NCBI GenBank assembly: GCA_002633005.1
Contig: NMRA01000231.1
Coordinates: forward strand, 252,082-316,081
Length of the DNA: 64,000 bases
DNA from: Phoronis australis
Taxonomy: Eukaryota; Animalia; Phoronida
Direction of reading: 5' to 3'
The notes beneath the pieces were generated by a model, which saw only the letters and a list, made by a program, of their open reading frames with translations, searched no databases and was not told the origin of the DNA. The position numbers and the translations under genes were made by a program. Positions 62,448-64,000 of the stretch are shown piece after piece (the first letter of the stretch is position 1; every line of letters starts with the position of its first letter).

Positions 62448-63468
62448 ACGGTTTGTCCTGACGCCTTGTTCTGATTTACATGTTTTCTTGTATTTGGCAG
62501 AAAAATAAAATAACTAAAATAGTCTACTCCCAAAATGTTCTAGCTGTAGCAGGTGAGTATTGCAAACGGATTGAAAGACTTGAATACACGGATCAGCACG
62601 TCAGCAATAAAAACGATTTATTCTTTCCTTATCACAGACCCAAATAACAATTTCATAACCAGTGCACTTACCTGAACCCAGATCATGCCAGCAATTTCCT
62701 TACTGTCGTGTATTGTAGGTCCTAACTCATACGTTTTTACTCGTTTCATACCATTAGAATTTTCAAATTGACTTTACTTAAACCTGGGATTCAAATTTGG
62801 CTATAACTATTAGGCTTAAATGTTTAGTGTCGAGCAATGGTGGAATACCATGGGACATACATGTATGTACAATTATGTCTCATGGGACATACTCTACAAG
62901 AATGTCCCTTGTAATGCGCTTTATCGACAGCATCCGGGCTTCTAAAAAACATATCAACGGTTCCCTGGAAACGAATCTAATAAATACTCACTACGCGCGA
63001 ATAAAGCAACAACAAACTACAAAATTTAATTCTTTTCTTGTAATGAGTTATTAAGCCATAATTACAGCAGTTACGGCGATTGCAATCCCGTCTTCGATCC
63101 CAAAAAATAAGTTACGATTTCAACCACTTAGCATTACCTCAAATTATTCTTTTGTCAAATTAGAGGTGACTTGAGGGATTGGATGCAAGTGACAGTTCCT
63201 TATTGCTGTGCTCAAGGCCAGGTTTAACAAGTTGGCTGGCCAGGGCATGTCATTTCATGCGCCGAACACAACTGCTATTTCCTCAGTTACAAACTGAAAA
63301 TTCACTTTTAACCTGACTAAGGAGCAACTTCAGACCAACGGTGAATGGAATAAATCAAGCGTTCGCTTCTTGAACAGAAAGCAAGTTATACCCGCTCTAA
63401 AAACAGCAGAACAGTTTGTGTTGTGCCCTAGGCCTACTTTGAAAACGTTTGAATGTAAGAACGTTTTC

Positions 63469-63708
63469 TTATAAAACGCAGTGGACGAGACACAACACGA
63501 TGCTGACAACGGTCATCGATGCGTGAGCAAACATTGTGATCCCGCCGTTGTCTCCAACGCAATGACGACAAGTGAGCACGTGACTGGGATCCCATTTCTT
63601 TTTCAGTGTCAGCAATTTGTCGTAGTTGTCTCCCCAGTAGTATTTTTTCCAATCAGATTTCCTGGCATCTGGTTCATTAATATACCCACTCGACACGTGC
63701 TTGTAGAG
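63469..63708 (-). CDS. Last exon of FAD-linked oxidoreductase with berberine bridge enzyme (BBE)-type C-terminal motif; gene continues beyond window
   Basis: Acceptor TTTTCATTTTAG, then LYKHVSSGYINEPD...WKKYYWGDNYDKLLTLKKKWDPSHVLTCRHCVG, matching the Y-x-N...YWG-x-NY-x-xL-xx-xK-x-KWDP BBE motif. A hydrophobic tail precedes the stop. Confidence 0.85.
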   Translation of the reverse strand, partial: LYKHVSSGYINEPDARKSDWKKYYWGDNYDKLLTLKKKWDPSHVLTCRHCVGDNGGITMFAHASMTVVSIVLCLVHCVL

Positions 63709-64000
63709 CTAAAATGAAAACACCGGACAAGGTACAAAAACGTGCATGAGTCACAATTTCCAAACGAACTTTAAAAAATGTACTACGGCAAAGTGAAGGC
63801 CTACTGGGCTGGCTTTATGAAAATCAGTTTGATGTTCTGGTGATGTTGAAATTGTTACTAGGCCTACTGCATAAATTTCCTACGTTACACCAGGGCAGTA
63901 GAAACGGGTTCGCGGTAATAATTTGAAATGTCAGATGGGGTTGAAACCTTGTGGCGACCGCAAGAGTTGAGAAATTGGCAACGATGGGGAGTGGGTGAAA

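Noticed and set aside
11710-63708. A co-regulated sulfide/redox gene cluster (ETHE1, globin, BBE oxidase)
   Set aside because: The genes are separated by unrelated housekeeping genes; proximity is not evidence without expression or synteny data.

Overview
AT-rich, intron-containing invertebrate animal DNA; most ORFs in the supplied track are spurious. Reading GT-AG exons by hand gives seven genes. U2AF1 (+) lacks exon 1, which lies upstream of the window. ETHE1 (-) is head-to-head with ANAPC13 (+), and CCDC15 (-) is head-to-head with a TBRG1/NIAM-like gene (+). An intracellular 3-exon globin (-) and the last exon of a berberine-bridge-enzyme-like FAD oxidase (-) complete the set. Introns hold many MITE-like elements, SINE fragments and minisatellites. 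Four observations stand out. (1) ETHE1 has two homologous, phase-compatible terminal exons, one keeping the Cys247-equivalent (PANMKCG) and one replacing it with Asn (PANLKNG). (2) The TBRG1-like protein has an N-terminal ASXL-type HARE-HTH-like segment and a long Leu-punctuated polyQ. (3) The globin has Tyr at CD1, Leu at E7, a very short CD/D region and a Cys at E7+11. (4) An intronic element carries co-oriented CTCF-like motifs every ~150 bp and is duplicated across an N, probably an assembly artefact. All gene models and homologies come from manual reading and recall; no database search was run.
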